From Patescibacteria group bacterium (GTDB taxonomy: Bacteria > Patescibacteriota > Patescibacteriia > Buchananbacterales > UBA6539), in NCBI GenBank assembly GCA_041662625.1, contig JBAZSB010000001.1, forward strand, positions 471,093-535,092: a DNA stretch of 64,000 bases, in the 5' to 3' direction. The notes beneath the pieces were generated by a model, which saw only the letters and a list, made by a program, of their open reading frames with translations, made no database searches and had not been told where the DNA came from. A program made the position numbers and the translations under genes. Of the stretch, positions 29,149-37,774 are shown piece after piece. Numbering within the stretch: position 1 is the first letter of the stretch; each line of letters begins with the position of its first letter.

Positions 29149-29264
29149 GGGGGTCAACATTGACCCTTCGACAAGCTCAGGGTCACTTCGAGCAAGGTCG
29201 AGAAGTGAGCCCAACGCGAGCAAAAGATAGTTTGATTGGCACCAAAGGCGAATTGTTGACCCCC
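29149..29264. repeat. GC-rich ~116-bp element bounded by 10-11-bp terminal inverted repeats GGGGGTCAAC(A)/ (T)GTTGACCCCC. It belongs to a dispersed family; relatives are at ~29270-29370, 34417-34475 (inverted), 35395-35460 (inverted) and 39470-39555.
   Basis: Shared words CCCTTCGAC(A/T)A(C/G)GCT, TCGAGCAAG, GAGCGAAGC, GGAGGCGAAA. Members are 55-60% GC within ~30% GC spacers. Confidence 0.45.
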
Positions 29265-29439
29265 AAAACTTTTGGTTACTTTTGGTTACAAAAGTAACCC
29301 TCGCCGCCTCTCGATAAACTCGAAGCGGCCTTGAGCGAAGCCGAAAGGCCGGAGGCGAAAGACGAAAAGAGATTTAGAAGCTAAATCAACCTAGGTGATG
29401 ATGACAGAAAAATAGCTTGATAGAACTGAGTTTGATCTA

Positions 29440-29475
29440 ATAACAAAAGAGAACCGTGTGTCCACGGAACTCTTT
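29440..29475 (-). terminator. Rho-independent terminator of hup (AGAGTTCCGTG-GACA-CACGGTTCTCT + T-run on the minus strand)
   Basis: Hairpin directly 3' of the HU gene. Confidence 0.5.
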
Positions 29476-29495
29476 TGCAAAACAATGTTACTCAA

Positions 29496-29777
29496 TTACA
29501 ATATTGCTTCTTTGGCCACTTTGGAAACTCGGAATTTAACCACGGTTTTGGCCGGGATCTTGATTTCTTCACCAGTGGCTGGGTTGCGGCCCATTCTGGC
29601 TTTCCGGTTGACTTTAACTAATTTGCCGACACCCGAAATGGTAAATTCACCGCTGCTTTTTACTTCTTTGTAAGCCAGCTCTACAAACTTGTCTAAAAAG
29701 CTAGCGACGTCTTTTTTACTCATGCCTGTGCTTTCAGCTAAAGCGGCAAGCACTTGTGATTTTGTCATTTTTGCCAT
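29496..29777 (-). CDS. hup: DNA-binding protein HU
   Basis: 93 aa; MAKMTKSQVLAALAESTGMSKKDVASFLDKFVELA...RNPATGEEIKIPAKTVVKFR is the HU/IHF fold signature. Confidence 0.85.
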   Translation of the reverse strand: MAKMTKSQVLAALAESTGMSKKDVASFLDKFVELAYKEVKSSGEFTISGVGKLVKVNRKARMGRNPATGEEIKIPAKTVVKFRVSKVAKEAIL

Positions 29778-29985
29778 AGTTTTACTTAATTTTATTTAAG
29801 TTATTATAAATTGTGCTTTTCTAACTTATCCACATTATACCTCGAAAGAATAAAAAAAGCCAATAAAAACCGGGGTTTTATCAGCCTAAAGACTCAAATT
29901 GTCAACCTTAGCCGACTGACTAAAGAGATTTTTTCCCTAAAATAAGGGCTTTTTAGACTAATCACCCGGACCATAACTAAACCCC

Positions 29986-30582
29986 CTAAATGGCCGGGTT
30001 TTGGCCCACTTTTCCTTGAATTCTGAAACCAAGTTTGATTGCCACTAATATTGTTAAACTGGCCAGACAAATATAAAAAGGAAAGGCTAACAGAATAAAA
30101 TTTAACTGGCCAACAGCAATACAAGCCAGCAAGCCGCCAACAAAAGTCAAAACCCAGGCGCTGACCGTTTCCGTTGCCGGCTTTTGGTAAGATTTCATTG
30201 CCGTTAGCACTGCCCCAATCGCATCAACCAAAATAACTAAAAATAAAGCCACGACCGCTTCTTTGGTTAAATACCATAAAAATAAACTGACACCAACACC
30301 AATCAAAGAAATAAAATCTCTTTTCATCAAACCGCCAACGCCGTATTTGATTGCCAAAATAAAAATACACAAATCCCCTATAGCCTGCGCCCCGGTCATA
30401 ACCAAAGAATAAGACGCCCCTTCGGCAAACTGGGAGAAAAAAGAAATCAATCCCAGAATTGCCCAGATTAACCAGGAAACTCTTTGGGGTTTTGTTTTGT
30501 GCAAAAAAATATCCTTAAGGTAAGGCCCAAAAGACAACAGGATTGCTATCCCCGATAAATACCCGGCGATTTCAGTAATCAT
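29986..30582 (-). CDS. Membrane protein (6 TM), unknown function
   Basis: 198 aa, hydrophobic. Confidence 0.4.
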   Translation of the reverse strand: MITEIAGYLSGIAILLSFGPYLKDIFLHKTKPQRVSWLIWAILGLISFFSQFAEGASYSLVMTGAQAIGDLCIFILAIKYGVGGLMKRDFISLIGVGVSLFLWYLTKEAVVALFLVILVDAIGAVLTAMKSYQKPATETVSAWVLTFVGGLLACIAVGQLNFILLAFPFYICLASLTILVAIKLGFRIQGKVGQNPAI

Positions 30583-30616
30583 AAATTAAGTTTTGCCAAA
30601 ATTATTTTTTCCCTAC

Positions 30617-31801
30617 CTACTCTTGTTCTGCGGCTGGCTGTTGTTCTGTCAGTTTTTTACAACTCTCCACCAAAGCCGAAGCGACCCGCTCTTTTTCTTT
30701 ATTCTCCCACTCAGTAATCTGGGTTTCCAAGGTTTTAATCTCGGCTTCCAAAGCGGTTAATTTGGCTTGCCGTTCAGCATTGGCGGCTTTGCTATTAGCC
30801 AGAACCTGGTCAACCACGCCTTTATTAATTTGCTGCTGCTTTAAAATATTAATTTCGGCTTCACTGATATCAGCCGAAGGCACGCTGGCTTCAGCTGCAC
30901 TTTGAACAAACTTAGTCGCCACTTTATACGGATCACCTAAACTTTCTACGGCCGTCAAAGCAGTTTTGGCGCCAACACTGGTTGCCTGGCCAGTTAATGT
31001 TGACTTATCAATGGCTAAATCCGAATTCGCGGGAATTAAAGCTTGAAAAGATTTTAAGCCGGAAGCAATGCTTTGCACCGCGCTGCCAGCGGAAGTCATT
31101 ATTTTACTGTAAGCGCTGCCGGCCTGGACTCCACTTTTAATTGTTGAGGTAGTTACCCAAGACAGCCGCCAAAAAGCTTTGAGCAAATTGGTTTTTTGGT
31201 TTTGGACTATCGCCTGGCGGTATTCATTCAAACCCGCCTGCATCTCATTTTCAATTTCAATATCGCGCGACAGTTCAAAAGTTTCTACTAACTTGGCAAT
31301 CATTGAATTATAAGCAGCCAGGGCTTGCTGGGCTTCATAGCTGCGATCAGTCGGCTCAATTGCGTTATCAATATCAGAATATTTTTTCCAGTCCGCATCA
31401 ACTTCATCTTCTTCATCGGCGTCGGTATCAGCATCGGAATCAGCTAAGCAGCCTTCTTTGTCTGCAGTATAACCACTATCACAATAATTGCAGGTGTAGT
31501 CATCCATGTAGCCATTAGCACCCTGGCAACGGCTGGCAAAATCAGCGCTGGCCGTCTTTAACCATTTATCATACTCTTCCTGGACATATTTATCTGCTTC
31601 TTTTTTACTCATGCCGATTTCATCGCAATACTGGCCGTGAAAAGCGCATTTACAGTACTGAAAACTAATCTGAATACCGCAAAACTCGTCTTTGATGTCG
31701 GGTTTTTCAAAATCCTCAGTCCGGCTGACACCCTCGGGTTTGATACCGCAGCCGGCTAAAAATAAGATTAAAACTGCACTGACCAAAATTAATCTTCTCA
31801 T
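30617..31801 (-). CDS. Lipoprotein with Cys-rich N-domain, acidic linker and C-terminal coiled coil
   Basis: 394 aa. Lipobox LAGC, 12 Cys in the first 120 residues, a DADTDADEEDEVD linker, and a coiled coil at the end. Confidence 0.45.
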   Translation of the reverse strand: MRRLILVSAVLILFLAGCGIKPEGVSRTEDFEKPDIKDEFCGIQISFQYCKCAFHGQYCDEIGMSKKEADKYVQEEYDKWLKTASADFASRCQGANGYMDDYTCNYCDSGYTADKEGCLADSDADTDADEEDEVDADWKKYSDIDNAIEPTDRSYEAQQALAAYNSMIAKLVETFELSRDIEIENEMQAGLNEYRQAIVQNQKTNLLKAFWRLSWVTTSTIKSGVQAGSAYSKIMTSAGSAVQSIASGLKSFQALIPANSDLAIDKSTLTGQATSVGAKTALTAVESLGDPYKVATKFVQSAAEASVPSADISEAEINILKQQQINKGVVDQVLANSKAANAERQAKLTALEAEIKTLETQITEWENKEKERVASALVESCKKLTEQQPAAEQE

Positions 31802-31885
31802 AGGCTTAAAAGTAAATTATTATATTTTCAGTATATCAAAAAACACCCTTAGGATAAAGGGAGTTTTGGGACAGGCAGCTTTATT

Positions 31886-32068
31886 TTATTTTTTACCAAA
31901 CTTATTATCAATCTTTGCTTTAATCTTTTTCCGTCTTTCGTATCTCTTACCCCAGTTATAGTCATCGATTTTTCTTTCCAGTATTACAACAATTATTCCA
32001 ATACCTAAACCTGCTGCCAAAAGTAATCCTAAAAATCTATATATTCCTTGTAATTGTGGATCAACCAT
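31886..32068 (-). CDS. Small membrane protein with basic C-terminus
   Basis: 60-aa ORF, one TM. Confidence 0.3.
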   Translation of the reverse strand: MVDPQLQGIYRFLGLLLAAGLGIGIIVVILERKIDDYNWGKRYERRKKIKAKIDNKFGKK

Positions 32069-32127
32069 ATTATTTAATTAATTTTATTTAGCAAGTGAAC
32101 TGGCTAGCCGCCTTAAATGAAGCACCA

Positions 32128-32931
32128 TTAACTACCCCATTCATTTCTTAAGTAATTTTGTATGATTTTAAAATCGCTACCAGCTAATTTTTTTAGATAT
32201 TCTTCAAATTTTGTAAAATCAACCACATCTATAAGAAAATATTCATTGTGCTCTTGGCTCCCATTGGTAATATAACTATAGTTAACCTCTAGCTCAAAAT
32301 AATTATCCTCAAGCTTAGAATATTTATCTTCTCCAATATTTATTCTGAATATTTTTTCAAAATTATTACAGAGTATGATTGGATAATGTATAACTTCTTG
32401 CTTGTATCTTTCTCTAATCGGTTTTGGATTTATGGAAAATCCACCACGATTTTTGTAATAAACCATCCCATTTAAAGTTTGATTAAGTGCTCTGTAAAAT
32501 TCTTCATTTTCGTGTAGCTTTTGTAAGCTAGCACTTGATGAAAATAATTTAGCTACCTTTTTATCTTCAAAATGATGGTGCTGATCTATAGTTATATTGT
32601 CTTTGTGATGCGGTAAACATGTGTTGTTCACTATCATATCTTCTGCTGCATTTGTGTTCTTATTATCAAACCAAAAAACAATACTATTGTTAATATACTT
32701 ACATTCTATAAATAATTGAATTATTAAAAATCCATATCGCTGTTCCCATTCTATGACATCCAGTCTTTTTTCAGCAATAATATCAATTTCACGCGGTTTA
32801 GCGGTTTGGTTATCATTATAGTACGGACTAACCAATATATACCATCCTAAACTTCTAAGAAATGTTATCACTTGGGAATGCAAAGTATTTCCACTATTAT
32901 CAATTATTTTTTGAATGCCGTTTATTGTCAT
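32128..32931 (-). CDS. Very AT-rich hypothetical protein with a possible PD-(D/E)xK nuclease-like motif
   Basis: 267 aa. EIDIIAEK ... LFIECKY spacing resembles D...(D/E)xK. GC is ~28%, below the local average. Confidence 0.3.
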   Translation of the reverse strand: MTINGIQKIIDNSGNTLHSQVITFLRSLGWYILVSPYYNDNQTAKPREIDIIAEKRLDVIEWEQRYGFLIIQLFIECKYINNSIVFWFDNKNTNAAEDMIVNNTCLPHHKDNITIDQHHHFEDKKVAKLFSSSASLQKLHENEEFYRALNQTLNGMVYYKNRGGFSINPKPIRERYKQEVIHYPIILCNNFEKIFRINIGEDKYSKLEDNYFELEVNYSYITNGSQEHNEYFLIDVVDFTKFEEYLKKLAGSDFKIIQNYLRNEWGS

Positions 32932-33000
32932 TTATAATTTTACAAAATTTGAAATTAGTTAATGGTATTCCACCCAGCTTATTTTATCCAAACTAGCTAA

Positions 33001-33687
33001 TTATTTATTGTTTATTGCTTTACATACGTTACCAATCTTCTTAAAGCCTGTACTACAATACCAACTGCTTCCGGCGATATAAGCATTAGCGGGAGCTACT
33101 ACTTTAACGCAATTGCTACCGACCTTCTTAAAACCATTATTACAGTACCAATTACTTCCCGCAATATACGCATTCTCTGGTGCAATTACTTTGACACAAG
33201 AATTGCTGACTTTTTTATACCCATTATTACAATACCAACTACTTCCAGCGACATAAGCATTCGCAGGGGCTACTACTTTGACACAATTATTGCCAACTTT
33301 CTTAAAACCATTATTACAGTACCAATTACTTCCCGCGATATAAGCATTTGCTGGTGCTACAACTTTAACGCAACTATTGCCTATCTTTTTGTAACCGCTG
33401 TCACAGCTAAAAGTAATTCCTGAAGTATAAGCATTATTTGGTACTTTTTTTAGCGGACAATCGTAACAATCCTTATAATAGCCACTGGGTGGATAAATTA
33501 CTCCGCCACTAGCCGGGTAAGTTGGGTACTGGCAAGGATGCCCTGCATCTCCACAGGTATACGAACCCGAATCGGATGGACAAGAATGCCAACGATGGCA
33601 ACCTGACTGGTGTGCCTCAGCTGGCGTAAACAAAAAAGGAATACAAAATATTCCCAAAAAACTAAGCAAAAAGATAATTTTTCTCAT
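33001..33687 (-). CDS. Secreted Cys-rich protein with ~4.5 tandem 29-aa repeats
   Basis: Signal peptide, then repeats of CVKVVAPANAYIAGSNWYCNNGFKKVGNN (87-bp DNA period at ~33010-33420). Confidence 0.55.
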   Translation of the reverse strand: MRKIIFLLSFLGIFCIPFLFTPAEAHQSGCHRWHSCPSDSGSYTCGDAGHPCQYPTYPASGGVIYPPSGYYKDCYDCPLKKVPNNAYTSGITFSCDSGYKKIGNSCVKVVAPANAYIAGSNWYCNNGFKKVGNNCVKVVAPANAYVAGSSWYCNNGYKKVSNSCVKVIAPENAYIAGSNWYCNNGFKKVGSNCVKVVAPANAYIAGSSWYCSTGFKKIGNVCKAINNK

Positions 33688-33875
33688 ACGCTATGTTGAT
33701 TATTTTACCCCTTAATTTTCCCTCTTTTTCGCTAATTTGTCAAAAAAAGAGATTCTTCCCCCGACTTTGCCGGGGTCAGAATGACAAAGTAAAACTAAAA
33801 AAGCCGGCTTAGGGCCGGATATTGACAGATATTTCAAATCTGCTAAAATAAAATCATTCACTACGAAAAAGACCC

Positions 33876-34415
33876 TTATAAGGTTCCGTCCTTATCGGGG
33901 GCTTTTTCATATCTGGCAGCTAAAATTGACTGCTGATTATTAATATAGGCGATCTTGGCTCCGGTTCTTTTTAAAAGGACGGAACATTTTTCTTCAACAC
34001 TTGGCGATAATATGGTTAAAATTTTATTTTTTATTAATAAAAATTTTATTAAACTTGAATAATCACCGTCGCTGGTCACAATAACTGCCTTTTCAAAATT
34101 ATTCTCAAATGCGTCGCATACCACTTGCAATACCAAATCGGCGTCACAATTCCCTTTTGGTTTACCGGAGCCATCATATATTACTTCCTTAAAAATCAAA
34201 GTGAATCCTGATTTTTGCAAATAAATATACAAATCTTTATATTCTGGTATCAAGCCGATGAAAATATAGGCTCGTTTTACTCCATATTTTTCAAAAAGCC
34301 AGACCCGAAATTTTACATAATCAAGTTTCCAGCCTGATTCTTTAATAGCCTTATGCAAGTTAGCCCCATCAATAAAGGCATAATTGTTTTCTTTTTGATA
34401 CATAAAAAGCGCCAA
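33876..34415 (-). CDS. NYN-domain (LabA/DUF88-like, PIN-like) protein
   Basis: 179 aa. FIDGANL, CDADL and TSDGDY acidic motifs are typical of the NYN family. Confidence 0.7.
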   Translation of the reverse strand: MALFMYQKENNYAFIDGANLHKAIKESGWKLDYVKFRVWLFEKYGVKRAYIFIGLIPEYKDLYIYLQKSGFTLIFKEVIYDGSGKPKGNCDADLVLQVVCDAFENNFEKAVIVTSDGDYSSLIKFLLIKNKILTILSPSVEEKCSVLLKRTGAKIAYINNQQSILAARYEKAPDKDGTL

Positions 34416-34579
34416 AAAGCGCTATGTTTATCTCGCCGTAGCCCCAAAGCGTAGTCGAAGGGCGGAGGCGGATTGATTACTATATTTAATTTACAAGTTT
34501 ATAGTATTACATCTGGTAAACCTTGTCAAACAAAAAGCCCGCCTGAAGCGGGCTGGATGAATGGCTTAGAATTACAGGG

Positions 34580-34765
34580 TTACTTATCGTTAAAACTGTT
34601 AAAGCATTTTTTACAATACTGCAATTTATTTTTTATTTTACCTTCCTGGGTAATTTCAAACAACTCATAAGATTCTTTGCCGCAGTTTTGGCAATATCTT
34701 GATTCCCCGGTTATAAACTTCCTGACCCCCCTTAGTTTTACCTTGGCCGCCTTTATCTTTTCCAT
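34580..34765 (-). CDS. Small zinc-ribbon protein (CxxC...CxxC)
   Basis: 61 aa; CQNCG ... CKKCF. Confidence 0.4.
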   Translation of the reverse strand: MEKIKAAKVKLRGVRKFITGESRYCQNCGKESYELFEITQEGKIKNKLQYCKKCFNSFNDK

Positions 34766-34778
34766 ATTATTGTCTTGA

Positions 34779-35303
34779 TTATTTTCTTTTTTTAGTCTTC
34801 AATTTCTTGGCCGCCGGTTTGCTTTTTTTGCTCTCTTTTGTTGCCAAGGCTTTCTTTACTTCTTTAGCAGCCGGCAGAGAAGCGGTCGGGTTTAAAGCTT
34901 GTAAAATCTTATCAAGTTTGGCGTTTAAAATTTCAAACTGTTGCCTGGTTTGATCCGGGGCTTTAGGGGAAGAAGAACTGCTCCCTTTGCTAAAACAGTT
35001 GCTGCAGTATACTGGCTTATCACCCGAGGGCCGGAAAGGCACTTCACATTTATTGCCGCATTTGGCACAGGTAGCCTGATACATTCTTTTATCTCTGTCT
35101 CTGCCACCCGGTCGGTTAAAATCCCGCCGTGGCCCCTGCTGTTGCTGACGCCGGTTTTTGAAGCAATCATTGCAGTAAACTGGTTTGTCGCCAGAAGGTC
35201 GAAAAGGCACTTCGCAGGCATTGCCGCAAGCAGCACAAGTAGCCTGATATTTGGCCTGGGAGTCTTTATGGTCGAATTCTTTGGTTTTGTTGAAAAGTTT
35301 CAT
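34779..35303 (-). CDS. Protein with two tandem CxxC-x17-CxxC zinc-ribbon modules and a Lys-rich tail
   Basis: Internal duplication YQATCAACGNACEVPFRPSGDKPVYCNDCF / YQATCAKCGNKCEVPFRPSGDKPVYCSNCF. Confidence 0.5.
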   Translation of the reverse strand: MKLFNKTKEFDHKDSQAKYQATCAACGNACEVPFRPSGDKPVYCNDCFKNRRQQQQGPRRDFNRPGGRDRDKRMYQATCAKCGNKCEVPFRPSGDKPVYCSNCFSKGSSSSSPKAPDQTRQQFEILNAKLDKILQALNPTASLPAAKEVKKALATKESKKSKPAAKKLKTKKRK

Positions 35304-35459
35304 ATTTTTTTTCTTACCTTGATTTAATCTACTTTTTTAAGTATCCCACATCCTGGAACAAAAGTCAATTTTGAATCAAACAAAAAATAGCCGGGTAAAC
35401 CAGCTGTTTTTGGACAAAGCCGCGTCGTTTGCGAACGGCGTGACAAGGCTCGCTTTGGG

Positions 35460-35798
35460 CTAACAACTACATTTTGCCTTTCTTGCCACTTTTAATAATT
35501 TAATAATCTGCTCCTCATTGATATCTTTCAATGAATATATTTTTATGTGCCGCATTGTCTTACCATTTCCTTCAAACAAATCTAATTCTTTTTTTGATAA
35601 ACCGCGGGTAGCAAATCCTATATTAACATGATCCTTTAAGGCAACAACATAATATTTCTTTCCATACCAGGGCACACCTACCCAAATCTTCTCTTTAACT
35701 TTCGGCAATGCTTTCGTTATAATCTTATGCAATTTCTGACAAATTTCTTTTTGCGGTGATTTTTGTTTTTTGATATAATTGTTGATTTCTTGATTCAT
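35460..35798 (-). CDS. DUF1801 (YdhG-like) domain protein
   Basis: 112 aa; the pattern KIWVGVPWYGKKYYVVALKDHVNIGF fits the DUF1801 fold. Confidence 0.55.
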   Translation of the reverse strand: MNQEINNYIKKQKSPQKEICQKLHKIITKALPKVKEKIWVGVPWYGKKYYVVALKDHVNIGFATRGLSKKELDLFEGNGKTMRHIKIYSLKDINEEQIIKLLKVARKAKCSC

Positions 35799-35820
35799 AA
35801 GTGAGTAATGTTTAATGTGT

Positions 35821-36264
35821 TTATTCTAGCTTAGCGATTTTAGCAAAGATAAAACATGTCCCACTTATAAATAAAAAATGAACTATTCCTATAATTGTAC
35901 CGCCAAAAAATGTAGAGTGCGGAAAAGTGAAATAATAATATATTCCGAAAATAACAGTTCCTAGTATGCCAATTATAATTGACTTTAAAATCGATTTTAT
36001 ATTTTTTTTAAAAGTAAAAATATAGACCAAGAAGAAGACAAGGGAAACAACAATACTTTTAGTAAAACCATAATAGGTTGGCGCTAAATAAGATTCGTAC
36101 ACAAAACCAGGATCTTTGTCATACAATAAAGGATCCAGTATAAACCTATGCCCGATATATAGTTCCAAAATGCCCACTAAAAATCCGGCAGCGATAGAAT
36201 AAAAAAATAATTTAAGAGTAAATAATCCTAGTCTTTCATTTACCATATTTTTTTTAATTAACAA
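35821..36264 (-). CDS. Membrane protein (4 TM)
   Basis: 147 aa, hydrophobic. Confidence 0.4.
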   Translation of the reverse strand: MLIKKNMVNERLGLFTLKLFFYSIAAGFLVGILELYIGHRFILDPLLYDKDPGFVYESYLAPTYYGFTKSIVVSLVFFLVYIFTFKKNIKSILKSIIIGILGTVIFGIYYYFTFPHSTFFGGTIIGIVHFLFISGTCFIFAKIAKLE

Positions 36265-36598
36265 TTATTTTTCCTTTCATGTTTGAATGAATGGCGCAAA
36301 CATAGTCGTAAGTGCCCACATTATCAAATTTAAACTCAAAGGAATCTCCCCGATTTAAATTGTTAGAATTAAATGTGTCCGATTTGATTTTGTGGACTAC
36401 TGAATCCTCATTGGTCCAAATTACAGTCGTGCCTTTGGCGATAGACAAAACCGCCGGGTTAAAAGAAAAATTTTGAATGACAATGTTATTGCCTGTCGTA
36501 ACGGGCTGACCCTGATTGATTGGCTGAGCGCTTTGTTGGGCGCAACCAGCTAAGATCAAACTTAAACCCAAGAAGGCGAATGGAAGTATTTTTTTCAT
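36254..36598 (-). CDS. Cupredoxin (plastocyanin/amicyanin-like type-1 copper) lipoprotein
   Basis: Lipobox ILAGC. Ligand pattern His (VVHKI) ... Cys-x2-His-x2-Met (YVCAIHSNM). Confidence 0.65.
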   Translation of the reverse strand: MKKILPFAFLGLSLILAGCAQQSAQPINQGQPVTTGNNIVIQNFSFNPAVLSIAKGTTVIWTNEDSVVHKIKSDTFNSNNLNRGDSFEFKFDNVGTYDYVCAIHSNMKGKIIVN

Positions 36599-36665
36599 AT
36601 TTTTTGTTAATCTTTAGTTATTTTTATTATACCAAAAAACCGCCTACTCGGCGATTTTTTGTCCA

Positions 36666-36736
36666 CAGGGGTGGAAGGAATCGAACCCTCGTATCCGGTT
36701 TTGGAGACCGACGTTCTACCACTGAACTACACCCCC
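36666..36736 (-). tRNA. tRNA-Trp (anticodon CCA)
   Basis: Hand-folded: acceptor GGGGGTG/CACCCCT, D-stem GTTC/GAAC, anticodon stem TCGGT/ACCGG with loop CTCCAAA, T-arm GAGGG-TTCGATT-CCTTC. Confidence 0.85.
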
Positions 36737-37091
36737 ATAAAAGTCATCCCGAACTCGGTTCGGGATCTCATAAAATATTTAAGAGATTCTGAAACAAGTT
36801 CAGAATGACAATAAGAGTATTACTTTGTTTCTTTATGCACGGTATGTTTTTTGCAGTGCCGACAGAATTTATTTAATTCCAGCCGGGTTTTAAGAGTTTT
36901 TTTATTTTTTTTGGAAAAATAATTGACTCTTTTACATTCCTTGCACTCTAATCGAATCAAGTTGTCCTGGGACATAAATTTAACAGGTTAACAATTAACA
37001 ATTAACAATTAACTTGAATTGCTAAACTGATAATTGATAACTATGATTAATAGTTAATTATTAATAGTTAATAGTTAATTGTTTGAAGTGG

Positions 37092-37164
37092 AGCCAACGG
37101 TCGGATTCGGACCGACGACCTACAGTTTACAAAACTGTTGCTCTACCAACTGAGCTACGTTGGC
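37092..37164 (-). tRNA. tRNA-Thr (anticodon UGU); CCA encoded at 37089-37091
   Basis: Acceptor GCCAACG/CGTTGGC, anticodon stem ACAGT/ACTGT, loop TTTGTAA, T-arm GTCGG-TCCGAAT-CCGAC. Confidence 0.85.
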
Positions 37165-37167
37165 TGG

Positions 37168-37249
37168 TGGGTGGAGCAGGATTCGAACCTACGTAGGCAA
37201 AGCCAGCTGATTTACAGTCAGCCCTCGTTGACCACTTGAGTATCCACCC
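37168..37249 (-). tRNA. tRNA-Tyr (anticodon GUA), class II long variable arm; CCA encoded at 37165-37167, directly abutting the 5' end of tRNA-Thr
   Basis: Acceptor GGGTGGA/TCCACCC, anticodon stem GCTGA/TCAGC with loop CTGTAAA, variable arm TGGCTTTGCCTAC, T-arm GTAGG-TTCGAAT-CCTGC. Confidence 0.85.
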
Positions 37250-37269
37250 ATATATACAACATTTGACAG

Positions 37270-37626
37270 TTAACATTTAACAATTAACGACTTGGAAAAA
37301 CCACCTAATTGCTTAGCAATATTTTCACAATCAATTGCTAACTTTTCAAACATCTCAATGCTTATAAGGTTATTATCTCTCATCACATCCAAACAAGCAA
37401 AAACTTCACTAACCGAGCCCAAGGCTATCTGCAGGAATCTATAAAATTCCTTATCCGACTTTTTTGCTGAACCTTCGGCAATGTTTAAGATTACAGAGAG
37501 AGCCGCTCTTCTAATCTGATCCTTTAAACTGAAATCTTTCAGGTTATCGGAGACTTTAAGTATATTTCTATAGAATTCCTTAGCTTTAATGTAAACCTCA
37601 AAGTCTAAAAAACGAAAGGTTTTCAT
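37270..37626 (-). CDS. Four-helix-bundle protein of the 23S rRNA intervening-sequence (IVS) protein family
   Basis: 118 aa; IRRAALSVILNIAEGSAKKSDKEFYRFLQIALGSVSEVFACL matches the IVS-protein signature. It is embedded in a tRNA cluster. Confidence 0.75.
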   Translation of the reverse strand: MKTFRFLDFEVYIKAKEFYRNILKVSDNLKDFSLKDQIRRAALSVILNIAEGSAKKSDKEFYRFLQIALGSVSEVFACLDVMRDNNLISIEMFEKLAIDCENIAKQLGGFSKSLIVKC

Positions 37627-37701
37627 AGCGCAAAAAATTAGTAATAAATGCGCTATGTTGAAAGCTAAATGCTAATTGTCAACTGTTAATTGTTTATCTG
37701 G

Positions 37702-37774
37702 AGCCCACTCGCGGATTTGAACCGCGGACCTACTCCTTACCATGGAGTTGCTCTACCAACTGAGCTAAGTGGGC
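37702..37774 (-). tRNA. tRNA-Thr (anticodon GGU); CCA encoded at 37699-37701
   Basis: Acceptor GCCCACT/AGTGGGC, anticodon stem ACTCC/GGAGT with loop ATGGTAA, T-arm CGCGG-TTCAAAT-CCGCG. Confidence 0.85.

Noticed and set aside
29290-29370. GAAAGGCCGGAGGCGAAAG resembling the conserved GGAAAGUCCGG region of RNase P RNA
   Set aside because: Only one short block matches. No P4 pseudoknot partner (AGGGUGAAA…ACAGAA) or other conserved regions are present. The sequence belongs to the dispersed GC-rich repeat family instead.
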